Assembly: GCA_038206355.1 (NCBI GenBank)
Contig: JBBRAY010000007.1
Span: 57,350-121,349, forward strand
Source: Bacteroidia bacterium
Lineage (GTDB): Bacteria > Bacteroidota > Bacteroidia > AKYH767-A > 2013-40CM-41-45
Direction: 5' to 3'
Length of the DNA stretch: 64,000 nt
Under the pieces are notes generated by a model that saw only the letters and a list, made by a program, of their open reading frames with translations, did no database searches and was not told the origin of the DNA. Both the position numbers and the translations under genes were made by a program. Shown in pieces: positions 19,913 to 29,758 of the stretch (positions are counted from its first letter, which is position 1; every line of letters starts with the position of its first letter).

Positions 19913-20308
19913 TTTTTTTGTGCCGTCAGGTGTTGTGTGGCAATAGTGTGGGGGAGTTGGTAATTCCCAATTATTTGCTGATTATTTTTTTGTTTTTTAA
20001 TGCTGACTGGTCTTCGAGCATGGTCTGTGTGCAAGCGAGACCTGACAGGTTATTGGAAAAATCCGGAGCAAAAATTTCCTATTCAATATTCACTTCCCGT
20101 CCCGCCATCGTGCAGAGCATCAAGCCTCCTCGCTCTACGCACAAACCTCCATTAGCTGCGGTGTCTTGCCCCTTCGGGCTTCTGTCGGGGCTATGAATTG
20201 AATTTTCTATTTTATTGTAGATTGAATTAACAGCCCCAAATAACGATGTAACTAAAATAAAGTGTATTAAATCTGCGGACATTTTGTTTTCCCAAACCAA
20301 GGGTGAAA

Positions 20309-22225
20309 TTAATTTGAAAAAATAAAATTTACACGTTCCCCGGCCTTCATATCAAACCAAAATATCAAATCACCGTCTGAAAATTTTTGCTGAATTTTTT
20401 TAGTGCTGGTGATTTGTTTAGCATCAACTGCAAATGAAATTCCATTTATAGCAGAACTACTTTCATTTATGATAACTACCGTGTTACTGTCAGTATATTC
20501 AAACCTCACATGCTCACATGTAATCCAGTAGTCTAGAAGATCGCGAACAGTTGTAAGGTTGATCAATCCCCGGTCACGGAATGATGCCAGTTGCTCCAGT
20601 GCTTTTTCAAACTGCGGATCAATCACAATTTTATTTTCATTATTTATTTTCCAGTAACCCCTCTCAGCAATACTTCCCGCAGGATAGCAATGCTCAAACT
20701 TAACGGCACGTTGCTGTACGAAGTCATTCATCCGCTCAGTGCTGAAATGAAAATTCCACGAATCAGGATTGGGCATCTCCAGTAAATCGCGCGTCATCCA
20801 CGAGTAGAAATTTCCTGTTCTTGTAGGGCTCTTCCAGTAAAGCGGTGCCGGCGCAGCATCACCAAAACCGGCGTAGGGATGCATCAGCGATCCGTTGAAA
20901 TCAAAAAATGACGAGTCTTCAGTTGCAAAATCTTCATAATAGGAATTCCAGAAATATTTCAGTCCGTTTTTTTTCCAGATGTCTTTTGCATAAGACGGTG
21001 ATGCAGGATTCAGTCCGTCACACACAAATGCCTCGCGATTATTTTTCGGCCCGTTATTATAGCCGTGATCAATCCACGTAACTGAATTGAAATTCTTTTT
21101 CATAAACGCACACGCTTCCTCTATTAGCGGACCGGCAGCAGTAAACTGATCAGGTGTATGCAGACAAATTTCATTTCCTTCTTTTTGGAGCTGCTGTAAA
21201 AATTGCAGGTAGCCCTTTGTGCCTTTAATTGATGCAATCGGCGTTGTAAAAATGCTTTGATGCCTCGACTGGCTATTCAGCACGTTTTCGGGATTCGCAT
21301 AAAAAACACTTTTTGTAACGGGGATTTTATTTTTCACAAAACCACCGGTTGATTTTTTCGCTTTTGATATTTCTTCTGATCCGAAATAAACTGCCTTGTG
21401 CGTCGGCAGATCAGTCCAATCGGCATGCTCCGTAAAAATATGTGCAGCCAAATAACCGTTTGGGTTCAGCATCAGTCTTGGGACAAAATCAATTTGTTTA
21501 CCAATATGTATAGAGAAGGAGTTGTTTCTCGCCTCACCCGCTTTATAAATGCTGCACGACACATCCACTTTCTCATTCATCATGCTATCGCGTAACGGAA
21601 AGTATTGAAAAGGGTGATCTTTATTGTAATCAAGGTTGACAACAATTTCTTTTTCCTTTGTATTCAGTTGCATCGAAGAAATGTCCGGTACATGATAAAT
21701 CAGAAATGCATTTTCATTCTTCCCAAATGAAGCACCTTCTTTGCCTAGCCAGTATTCATTTTGAAAATTCTCTTTATCGAGTAATGTATTGCGCCTGTAA
21801 ACTTCTTTAAGAGGTTGTGATATAGAGAACACAATGGCTTCTCTGATTACCTGAACATCTTTTGAAAAAACAGATTGTGTTGTGAATTTAATTTCTTCAC
21901 TCGCAGGATTAAGAATCATTACAACAGTCATCACACTATATGCATTTGAATCCCTCCAGCTAATCTCTGTTAAATCACCTGATTTTATTACGGAATAATC
22001 TGCAACAATAGATCGAAGAGTTACTGTGTCATTTGTCGCTGATTCAATAAATGAATGATAAATGGAAATAATTGACACAATTTTTTCATTTGAAATACCT
22101 GAAATCTGAAATGATTTTTCTGAACCGGTATTCACTGTAAAATATCCATTCTTGAAATAAGGTTCATCTGCGAGCGCATGCAGTGATAAGAGAATGAAAA
22201 AAGAAACTGACTTTATTAATTTCAT
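20309..22225 (-). CDS. Secreted hypothetical protein, possibly with a CE4/deacetylase-like barrel in the C-terminal half
   Basis: Signal peptide; FTEHAD, EICLHT and WIDHG His/Asp motifs. Confidence 0.5.
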   Translation of the reverse strand: MKLIKSVSFFILLSLHALADEPYFKNGYFTVNTGSEKSFQISGISNEKIVSIISIYHSFIESATNDTVTLRSIVADYSVIKSGDLTEISWRDSNAYSVMTVVMILNPASEEIKFTTQSVFSKDVQVIREAIVFSISQPLKEVYRRNTLLDKENFQNEYWLGKEGASFGKNENAFLIYHVPDISSMQLNTKEKEIVVNLDYNKDHPFQYFPLRDSMMNEKVDVSCSIYKAGEARNNSFSIHIGKQIDFVPRLMLNPNGYLAAHIFTEHADWTDLPTHKAVYFGSEEISKAKKSTGGFVKNKIPVTKSVFYANPENVLNSQSRHQSIFTTPIASIKGTKGYLQFLQQLQKEGNEICLHTPDQFTAAGPLIEEACAFMKKNFNSVTWIDHGYNNGPKNNREAFVCDGLNPASPSYAKDIWKKNGLKYFWNSYYEDFATEDSSFFDFNGSLMHPYAGFGDAAPAPLYWKSPTRTGNFYSWMTRDLLEMPNPDSWNFHFSTERMNDFVQQRAVKFEHCYPAGSIAERGYWKINNENKIVIDPQFEKALEQLASFRDRGLINLTTVRDLLDYWITCEHVRFEYTDSNTVVIINESSSAINGISFAVDAKQITSTKKIQQKFSDGDLIFWFDMKAGERVNFIFSN

Positions 22226-22776
22226 TTGGGTAGAAAAGACGGAAATTCAACTTCAGTAAAATTGATTTCGAGATCATCAACATCGGCTAATGATTTGCCA
22301 CTTGCATTCCACAAAAATATTTTCACTCGCGAATTAGCCGGAATACTCATTGGCAAAAGTGCCGAAACTTTAAACGGATTCCATATTCCCGCTTTTCCTG
22401 TTGAGTCCGGCAAGTAATCACCCTTCCAGAAAACTGCGGAGTCTGAAACGTCAATCGACAGTACCATTTGAATTCCACCATCAGTATTATTCACACGTAT
22501 CAATCCACCGGTGCTTATCCTGAAATTCTTGTGCTTCAGGTCTTCAGGAATTGCAATTTCAATCCCCGAACTGTAATGGTTGTTTTCATCTGTTCTGGAA
22601 AAATAATTCTGAACAGAAATTTCTGACGTAATGGTAGTTGGATTCATCCATTCCCGGTTGAAAACGGAGTCCTCAAAATTATTGAAGAAGTGATGAAAGT
22701 CAGATCCTCCTACTTGTGCCAGAGAATGTGAACTCACGTGAAGCATGAAAATAAAATACAATACTTGAATCCTCAT
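22222..22776 (-). CDS. Secreted hypothetical protein, possible CBM-like beta-sandwich
   Basis: Signal peptide ending SLA-Q; NNFE start and VKIFLWN...VDDLEI end; 4-bp overlap with next gene; start uncertain. Confidence 0.5.
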   Translation of the reverse strand: MRIQVLYFIFMLHVSSHSLAQVGGSDFHHFFNNFEDSVFNREWMNPTTITSEISVQNYFSRTDENNHYSSGIEIAIPEDLKHKNFRISTGGLIRVNNTDGGIQMVLSIDVSDSAVFWKGDYLPDSTGKAGIWNPFKVSALLPMSIPANSRVKIFLWNASGKSLADVDDLEINFTEVEFPSFLPK

Positions 22777-22823
22777 TCGCATATTCGCAAGCTTTCGTTA
22801 TTCGTACCATCAATTATTCGTAC
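22775..22823. repeat. ATTCGTA-type degenerate tandem repeat
   Basis: attcgcatattcgcaagctttcgttattcgtaccatcaattattcgtac. Confidence 0.65.
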
Positions 22824-22923
22824 CACCGGTAAAAATCCACTTAATTTTCGGTTTCACAAATATTCATTTTTGTTTCATTCCGTCTCTTAATGATTTCTAC
22901 TTTTGCGCCATTCTATATTATCT

Positions 22924-23862
22924 ATGTCAATCATCTCAGTACAAAATGTTGTAAAGCAATATGCCGGTCATCGCGCCATTGATGATGTGAGCATGGAAAT
23001 TCCCGAGGGAAGTGTTTTCGGTTTGCTCGGACCCAACGGTGCCGGTAAAACATCGCTGATCCGTATCATTACGCAGATCACAGCCCCTGACAGCGGCAGT
23101 ATCCTGTTCCGTGGAACTCCCATTAATCAAAAACATATTGAGAAAATGGGCTACCTGCCGGAAGAGCGGGGCTTGTATAAGAAGATGGAAGTTGGCGAAC
23201 AGGCCCTGTACCTTGCTATGCTGAAGGGGTTGAGCCGCGCTGATGCCATGAAAAAATTAAAGTACTGGTTTGAGAAATTTGAAATCCAGGCCTGGTGGAA
23301 AAAGAAGATTGAAGAGTTGAGTAAGGGCATGCAACAAAAGGTTCAGTTTGTGGTTACGATTTTGCACGAGCCGGAATTTTTAATTCTCGACGAACCATTC
23401 ACCGGATTTGATCCAATCAATGCAGAGCTGATCAAAAATGAACTGCTTGCACTCCGGGATAAAGGTACTACTATCGCTTTGTCCACCCACCGTATGGAAT
23501 CTGTGGAAGAGCTTTGTACGCACATTGCACTAATCAATCGTTCGAAAAAAATTCTGGACGGATCAGTTAAAGACATCCGCAAAAAATACAAGACCAATAC
23601 TTTTGAAATTCATTTTACCGGCGGAAATAAAATCGGTTTTACGCATGCACTGTGGACTGGTTTTGAACTGCTTGATCTGAAGGAAGACGGTGATCACAAT
23701 GTTGCCAAAGTGAAAATGGTCGGCAACCACTCTCCGAATGATTTATTATCGGTGCTGATTCCAAACGTACAGATCATTGGTTTCAGAGAAATTATTCCGG
23801 CAATGAATGATATTTTTATACAGGAAGTCGGCGAGAACCGAATCGTAGAAGTAGCAGCATAA
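22924..23862 (+). CDS. ABC transporter ATP-binding protein (NatA/YhaQ-like, DUF4162 C-terminus)
   Basis: GPNGAGKT, LSKGMQQK, ILDEPF, STH; TACTTTTG promoter at 22898-22905 favours ATG 22924. Confidence 0.9.
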   Translation: MSIISVQNVVKQYAGHRAIDDVSMEIPEGSVFGLLGPNGAGKTSLIRIITQITAPDSGSILFRGTPINQKHIEKMGYLPEERGLYKKMEVGEQALYLAMLKGLSRADAMKKLKYWFEKFEIQAWWKKKIEELSKGMQQKVQFVVTILHEPEFLILDEPFTGFDPINAELIKNELLALRDKGTTIALSTHRMESVEELCTHIALINRSKKILDGSVKDIRKKYKTNTFEIHFTGGNKIGFTHALWTGFELLDLKEDGDHNVAKVKMVGNHSPNDLLSVLIPNVQIIGFREIIPAMNDIFIQEVGENRIVEVAA

Positions 23863-23878
23863 TTAAAAATGGATTTTA

Positions 23879-23906
23879 TCACATCTCACATCTCATTTCT
23901 CACATC
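23879..23906. repeat. Heptamer tandem repeat (TCACATC)x4, degenerate
   Basis: tcacatc tcacatc tcatttc tcacatc. Confidence 0.7.
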
Positions 23907-23912
23907 TAGTTC

Positions 23913-25244
23913 ATGAGCAAAGTATCACTAATCATTAAACGCGAATACGTAACACGCGTACGCAAGAAGTCATTTATCATTATGACTATTCTCGGGCCGC
24001 TGCTTATTGCAGGGATTTTTGCAAGTGTGTTTCTGCTCAACAAAGTAGATTCTGAAAAGCACACCATTGTAATCGTTGATAACAGCCACCTCTTTGAAGG
24101 GAAGTTTAAGAGTGATAACAAGCTGAGTTTTATCTATCGGAATGAAAGTGTGGATTCTCTTCGTGCAAAAAGCAAGGACCTGGGTTATTTTGGTGTGCTA
24201 TTTATTCCGGCCAGTGATAAAATTGAATCCCTGGAAAAAGGTATTGTACTTTATTCTGAATCCCAGCCAGGGTTTGATATCATCGAGAAGATAAAATTTA
24301 CTATTGAGAAAGACATACGGAATGCAAAGATGATTGCAGCAGGAGTGGATGATAAAAAACTTGATATGATCAAGACTGACGTGGAAATCAGAACCCGCGA
24401 TCTTGAAAATAAAGAGACGAGCACAGGATTAACAACCGGTATCGGTTTTGCAAGCGGTCTACTGATTTACATGTTTATTTTCATTTACGGTGCAATGGTG
24501 ATGCGGGGTGTGATGGAAGAAAAAATGAGCCGCATTGTGGAAGTTGTTATCTCTTCTGTAAAACCATTTCAGCTCATGCTTGGGAAAATTATCGGTGTGG
24601 CACTGGTGGGACTTACCCAGTTTTTGTTGTGGGTGGTTTTAAGTACAGTTGCTGTTTCAGTTGTTTCGTCTGCATTCCTAGGTGGCAAATCTGAAAAGGA
24701 GAAAATTGAGGCGATGCAAAAAATCAGACCGGGTATGAATCAGATGAATCAGTTTAATGCTGCGCAGGAAGATCAAATCATGTCGCCGAAGGAAAAATTA
24801 AATGATGCAATTGCGTCTATCAACTTCGTAACCATCATCGGCGCATTTATATTTTATTTTCTTGGAGGCTATCTCCTTTACAGTGCATTGTTTGCAGCCA
24901 TTGGCTCGGCTGTTGACTCAGAAACAGAAACACAGCAATTCATGCTTCCTGTTACCATACCACTCATCCTTGCCTATGTGGTTTCTGCAACGGTGATGAC
25001 CAATCCGAATGGAAGTGTTGCGTTCTGGTTCTCGATGATTCCGTTTACTTCTCCTGTTGTCATGATGATGCGGATACCATTTGGCGTGCCGTATTGGGAA
25101 GTTGCATTGTCTATGGTATTTTTAATTGCAGGATTTATTTTTACGACCTGGTTAGCGGCAAAAATTTATCGTACCGGAATCCTCATGTATGGAAAAAAGG
25201 TGAGTTATGGGGAAATATGGAAGTGGATACGCTACCACAATTAG
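23913..25244 (+). CDS. ABC-2 permease (NatB/YhaP-like)
   Basis: I.REY..RVRK.SF, V.EEK.SRI.E...SSV.P..L..GKI.G, PF.SP. Confidence 0.9.
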   Translation: MSKVSLIIKREYVTRVRKKSFIIMTILGPLLIAGIFASVFLLNKVDSEKHTIVIVDNSHLFEGKFKSDNKLSFIYRNESVDSLRAKSKDLGYFGVLFIPASDKIESLEKGIVLYSESQPGFDIIEKIKFTIEKDIRNAKMIAAGVDDKKLDMIKTDVEIRTRDLENKETSTGLTTGIGFASGLLIYMFIFIYGAMVMRGVMEEKMSRIVEVVISSVKPFQLMLGKIIGVALVGLTQFLLWVVLSTVAVSVVSSAFLGGKSEKEKIEAMQKIRPGMNQMNQFNAAQEDQIMSPKEKLNDAIASINFVTIIGAFIFYFLGGYLLYSALFAAIGSAVDSETETQQFMLPVTIPLILAYVVSATVMTNPNGSVAFWFSMIPFTSPVVMMMRIPFGVPYWEVALSMVFLIAGFIFTTWLAAKIYRTGILMYGKKVSYGEIWKWIRYHN

Positions 25245-25312
25245 TATCTTGAAATCAGGAACCGGAGAAAGGTAGTTGATAGTTTGGTTCCAGTTCATCA
25301 TTTGATTCAAAT

Positions 25313-26251
25313 ATGAAAATTGCAATACTTGACCTTGGTACAAATACTTTTCATTTACTTATTGTAAAAGCAGGAAGAGATCACTCTTTTAAGAAGATTT
25401 TCAAATCAAAGATTGCCGTAAAACTTGGCGAAGGCGCCATTCATGAAAACCGTATTGGAGAGGTTCCATTCAAGCGGGGTATTGCTGCGCTGGTACATTA
25501 TCAGGATATCATTGCGGAACATAAACCGGAGAAAATATTTGCATTTGCAACGTCAGCAATACGCAGTGCAACTAACGGAGACGATTTTGTAAAAGCTGCA
25601 AGGCTTAAAGCCGGAATTAATATTCAGGTAATTCCCGGCAGCAAGGAAGCTGAGCTGATTTACTTTGGCGTTCGTCAGTGTGTAAAAATGGGTGAGCAGA
25701 AACAACTCATCATGGATATCGGTGGCGGGAGCACGGAATTTATTATTGCGAACGAGAAAAAAATATTCTGGAAACAAAGTTTTAATATCGGCGCATCACG
25801 ACTGTTGGAAATGTTTAAACCTTCTGATCCTGTTACACCTACAGAAATAGTTAAGCTGGAGGAATTTTTGGTTAGAATCCTTACTCCGCTTGATGCAGCG
25901 ATAAAGAAATATCCAGTGCATTCCCTCATCGGTTCTTCCGGATCATTTGATACGCTGGCAGAGATGATGGGTTGGAAGTTCCACAAAAAAAATGTTTTGA
26001 AGAATGTGAAGACGCTCCAATTCAATATGAATGAATATGATGAGCTTCATCGTCTGCTTCTGAAATCCACCACTGCGCAACGAATGAAAATGAAAGGCCT
26101 TGTCAGAATGCGTGCTGACATGATTGTAATTTCGAGCATTTGTACAAGCTTTATTCTTAACCGGTATCGTCTTTCAGAAATGATCCTTTCCAAGTTTGCA
26201 TTAAAGGAAGGTGCGCTTTGGCAAATTGCAGGAGGAGAGAATAAATTATAA
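25313..26251 (+). CDS. ppx: Ppx/GppA family exopolyphosphatase
   Basis: AILDLGTNT, ATSAIRSA.NG, EA.LI, DIGGGSTE, R.DMI, LKEG. Confidence 0.88.
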   Translation: MKIAILDLGTNTFHLLIVKAGRDHSFKKIFKSKIAVKLGEGAIHENRIGEVPFKRGIAALVHYQDIIAEHKPEKIFAFATSAIRSATNGDDFVKAARLKAGINIQVIPGSKEAELIYFGVRQCVKMGEQKQLIMDIGGGSTEFIIANEKKIFWKQSFNIGASRLLEMFKPSDPVTPTEIVKLEEFLVRILTPLDAAIKKYPVHSLIGSSGSFDTLAEMMGWKFHKKNVLKNVKTLQFNMNEYDELHRLLLKSTTAQRMKMKGLVRMRADMIVISSICTSFILNRYRLSEMILSKFALKEGALWQIAGGENKL

Positions 26252-26282
26252 ATACCATCTGAAATGAAAAATCTGCGCAAGC

Positions 26283-26343
26283 GTTATTTGTACATTCGTC
26301 TGCATTCGTATTTCGTACATTCGCATTGTTTCGATATTCGTAC
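26283..26343. repeat. ATTCGTA-type degenerate tandem repeat
   Basis: gttatttgtacattcgtctgcattcgtatttcgtacattcgcattgtttcgatattcgtac. Confidence 0.65.
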
Positions 26344-26348
26344 AAGCT

Positions 26349-27506
26349 ATGCCTAAAATTTTAATCATTGACGACGAACGTGCCATTCGCAGCACGTTAA
26401 ATGAAATTCTCAGCTATGAGAAATTTGAGGTTGACGAAGCCGCTGACGGAGCAGAGGGAATAAAGAAAGCAGAGTCCTCAAATTATGATCTGATCCTTTG
26501 TGATATTAAGATGCCGAAAATAGATGGCATGGAAGTCCTCAACAGGCTGATGCAAATCAATCCTGATATTCCTGTAGTAATGATCAGTGGCCACGGTACC
26601 GTCGACAATGCAGTTGAAGCGATTAAAAAAGGTGCTTATGATTTTATCTCCAAGCCTCCTGACTTGAATCGCCTGCTGGTAACGGTACGTAACGCCCTCG
26701 ACAGGAATTCTCTTGTTCAGGAAACGAAGGTGTTAAAGAAAAAAATTTCCAAAACATATGACATGATTGGCAATGATCCGTCAATCATGAAGATTAAAGA
26801 GATGATTGAACGCGTAGCACCTACTGATGCACGAGTGCTCATTACAGGTAGCAATGGAACAGGTAAGGAGCTGGTGGCGCGATGGATTCATGAAAAAAGT
26901 AACCGTTCATCCTCACCGCTGATAGAAGTAAATTGTGCAGCCATACCTTCGGAACTGATAGAAAGCGAATTGTTCGGTCATGAAAAGGGGGCATTTACTT
27001 CAGCCATAAAGCAACGTATCGGAAAATTTGAACAGGCAAACGGAGGTACACTTTTTCTTGATGAGATAGGGGACATGAGTCTGAGTGCCCAGGCAAAAGT
27101 TTTACGGGCTTTGCAGGAAAATAAAATTACACGAGTTGGAGGAGAAAAGGAAATTGCTGTTTCTCCCCGCGTTGTTGCTGCAACCAACAAGAATTTAAAA
27201 AAGGAAATTGAAAGCGGAAATTTTCGTGAAGACCTCTATCACCGGTTAAGTGTAATTGTAATCGCTGTTCCTTCATTAAATGAACGCGCCTCCGATATTC
27301 CACTGCTTGCAGAACATTTCATAAATGAAATATGCGCCGACTACGGAATGCCATTGAAGACATTAAGCCCGGATGCAATCACCGAGCTGCAAAAAATTAA
27401 CTGGACCGGAAACATCAGAGAATTACGCAATGTAATCGAACGGCTGGTGATCTTGTCAGATAAAAAAATTACGGATAAAGAAGTAAAAGCATTCGCATCC
27501 AAATAA
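26349..27506 (+). CDS. Sigma-54-dependent response regulator (NtrX-like; REC + AAA+, no C-terminal HTH)
   Basis: REC domain with DIKMP, G.NGTGKEL, ESELFGHEKGAFTSA, LFLDEIG, W.GNIREL.N. Confidence 0.9.
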   Translation: MPKILIIDDERAIRSTLNEILSYEKFEVDEAADGAEGIKKAESSNYDLILCDIKMPKIDGMEVLNRLMQINPDIPVVMISGHGTVDNAVEAIKKGAYDFISKPPDLNRLLVTVRNALDRNSLVQETKVLKKKISKTYDMIGNDPSIMKIKEMIERVAPTDARVLITGSNGTGKELVARWIHEKSNRSSSPLIEVNCAAIPSELIESELFGHEKGAFTSAIKQRIGKFEQANGGTLFLDEIGDMSLSAQAKVLRALQENKITRVGGEKEIAVSPRVVAATNKNLKKEIESGNFREDLYHRLSVIVIAVPSLNERASDIPLLAEHFINEICADYGMPLKTLSPDAITELQKINWTGNIRELRNVIERLVILSDKKITDKEVKAFASK

Positions 27507-27524
27507 TAATACTCAGATTCAGAT

Positions 27525-28433
27525 ATGGCTCAGAAAATAAAAAACATTAAACGCTACAACAGGTACTATAAGACTTTTAATTTTTCCAACACCCAGGAAA
27601 TAGCAAAGGAAGAACACATAGAATCAAATATAGAATTGAATGAGAGTGGGGACATATTACTTGAGGAAAAATATTCGGCAGACGGTGAACTTGAGGAGCG
27701 CAATTCCTATATATATAATCCTGCAGGAAAACTACTTGAGCATTCTTTGTTGTATGCTGCTGAAGATGCAACGGAGAAAAGGGTTCTAAGCCGTGACGAG
27801 GCCGGAAAACTTCTTGTTGAGACAAAATATTATGGCGGCGAACCCGGAGAACACACGGAATATGTTTACAATGATCAGGGCGAACCCATCGAACGGAAAA
27901 ATTTTGACGAAGAGGGGAAATTTATTTCAAGGGACGTTTTTACCTATGATGAAAAGGGCGGTCTTGCCGGTCAGGTTACACATGATGAACAGGATAGTAT
28001 AACCTCTAAAACAACATTTGTATCTGCCGATGATAAATCAATTGAACAATGTGAGTTCGATGCAAATGATAAACTCCTGAATAAAACAGTTGCCAGATAT
28101 AATGACGCAGGCAAGGAGATATCATCTGTTCAGACTACGCCTGACGGAAAATTAATTTCAAGTATTATTTCCACATTCGACGAAAAGGGAAATGTACTGG
28201 AGCGGCAATACAAGGATTTTTATTCCAAGACAATGCGCTATGAATATGACGAAAACAGTCGTTGCATCATGCAGGAATTATTTGACGGCAATGGTGTACT
28301 GCTCAGGAAAAATCTTTATGAATACGATGAGTCTGGAAATTTATTACTCGAGCAGACTTATGAAATGGATACAAGCAGGGGTGGAAGGGATAAGCACTTT
28401 GAGACCCGGATAGAATATGAATTTTTTAGTTAA
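27525..28433 (+). CDS. Hypothetical protein built of YD-like repeats
   Basis: About ten Y.Y(D/N)..G units; no signal peptide and no RHS core motif seen. Confidence 0.65.
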   Translation: MAQKIKNIKRYNRYYKTFNFSNTQEIAKEEHIESNIELNESGDILLEEKYSADGELEERNSYIYNPAGKLLEHSLLYAAEDATEKRVLSRDEAGKLLVETKYYGGEPGEHTEYVYNDQGEPIERKNFDEEGKFISRDVFTYDEKGGLAGQVTHDEQDSITSKTTFVSADDKSIEQCEFDANDKLLNKTVARYNDAGKEISSVQTTPDGKLISSIISTFDEKGNVLERQYKDFYSKTMRYEYDENSRCIMQELFDGNGVLLRKNLYEYDESGNLLLEQTYEMDTSRGGRDKHFETRIEYEFFS

Positions 28434-28455
28434 TTAATTTCAGATCTTTTGCCTT

Positions 28456-29754
28456 ATGAATATTGAAGCACTTTATTTCATTTATCAAAAACATTCAATT
28501 GTTTGCACAGATACAAGAAAGATCAGCAAGGGCTGTATTTTTTTCGCATTGAAGGGAGAAAATTTTAATGGAAATTCTTTTGCAGAGGAAGCACTGGGAA
28601 AGGGTGCAGCCTTTGCAGTGATTGATGAGCCCGCATTCAAGAAGGATGACAGGTATATTTTAGTTGATGATGTGTTGAGCAGCCTCCAACACCTGGCCAA
28701 CTTTCACCGACGGCAATTGAAATGTCCGGTAATTGCCATCACAGGCAGCAATGGAAAAACGACAACGAAAGAACTGATTAGCCGCGTTCTCTCTAAAAAA
28801 TTCAGGACGAATTTTACAAAAGGAAATCTCAACAATCACATCGGTGTTCCGTTAACCATTCTTTCCACTCCCCCGGATTGCGAAATGCTTATAGTTGAAA
28901 TGGGGGCCAATCATCAGAAGGAGATAGAAACGCTTTGTGCGATTGCAATGCCTGATTACGGTATTATTAGTAATGTAGGTAAGGCGCATCTTGAGGGATT
29001 TGGTGGAATGGATGGAGTAAAAAAGGGTAAAGGTGAGCTTTATGAATTCCTGTCCCTTCATCATGGATGTGCATTTGTAAATGGTGACGATGCAACACTT
29101 CTGGAAATGATGAAGGAAAGAAATGTAAAGAGCATGATAACATACGGCACAGGAAATAGATTCGATTGCAACGGAAAACTTTTATCGTTAGCTCCTTTTT
29201 TGAAAGTGGAATGGAAAGCGGGGAGAGCAGGAGGAACAATCTCATCACAACTCATAGGGGAATACAATTTTGAAAACATACTCGCTGCTGTTTGTATAGG
29301 AAATTATTTTGGCGTTGATAAAGCCGATATCAGCAATGCCATTGATGGCTATGTCCCTGATAATTCACGTTCACAAATTGTAAAACGGGGATCAAATACA
29401 ATTATCCTTGATGCATATAATGCTAACCCAGCCAGCATGAATGCAGCACTAAGGAATTTTTCGCAAATGGAAAGCAATCATAAAATTATCTTCCTCGGTG
29501 AAATGGCGGAGTTGGGAAAAGAAAGTGAAGCAGAGCACAGACAAATTTCTGAATTGCTTCAAAAAATAGACATTGAAAAAATAATATTGGTAGGAAAAAA
29601 ATTTACTGATATTTCAGCATCATTTCCTGCTGTATATTTTAATTCTTCAGCAGAAGCAACCGTTTGGGCAAAGGATCAGAAAATCGAAGATGCATTAATA
29701 CTGATCAAAGGATCACGCAGCAGTAAAATGGAAGCAGTACTCGAAGCACTGTAA
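28456..29754 (+). CDS. murF: UDP-MurNAc-tripeptide--D-Ala-D-Ala ligase
   Basis: DTR, ITGSNGKTTTKE, NLNNHIGVP.T, EMGANH, DAYNANP.SM, KGSR. Confidence 0.96.
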   Translation: MNIEALYFIYQKHSIVCTDTRKISKGCIFFALKGENFNGNSFAEEALGKGAAFAVIDEPAFKKDDRYILVDDVLSSLQHLANFHRRQLKCPVIAITGSNGKTTTKELISRVLSKKFRTNFTKGNLNNHIGVPLTILSTPPDCEMLIVEMGANHQKEIETLCAIAMPDYGIISNVGKAHLEGFGGMDGVKKGKGELYEFLSLHHGCAFVNGDDATLLEMMKERNVKSMITYGTGNRFDCNGKLLSLAPFLKVEWKAGRAGGTISSQLIGEYNFENILAAVCIGNYFGVDKADISNAIDGYVPDNSRSQIVKRGSNTIILDAYNANPASMNAALRNFSQMESNHKIIFLGEMAELGKESEAEHRQISELLQKIDIEKIILVGKKFTDISASFPAVYFNSSAEATVWAKDQKIEDALILIKGSRSSKMEAVLEAL

Positions 29755-29758
29755 CCGG

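Noticed and set aside
19918-20300. ORFs 19918-20196 and 20079-20300, or RNase P/tmRNA in this spacer
   Set aside because: The ORFs have no motifs and run through repeat remnants; the conserved RNase P and tmRNA terminal motifs were not found.
27525-28433. RHS/YD toxin system
   Set aside because: No PxxxxDPxG core, toxin tip, immunity gene or secretion genes.
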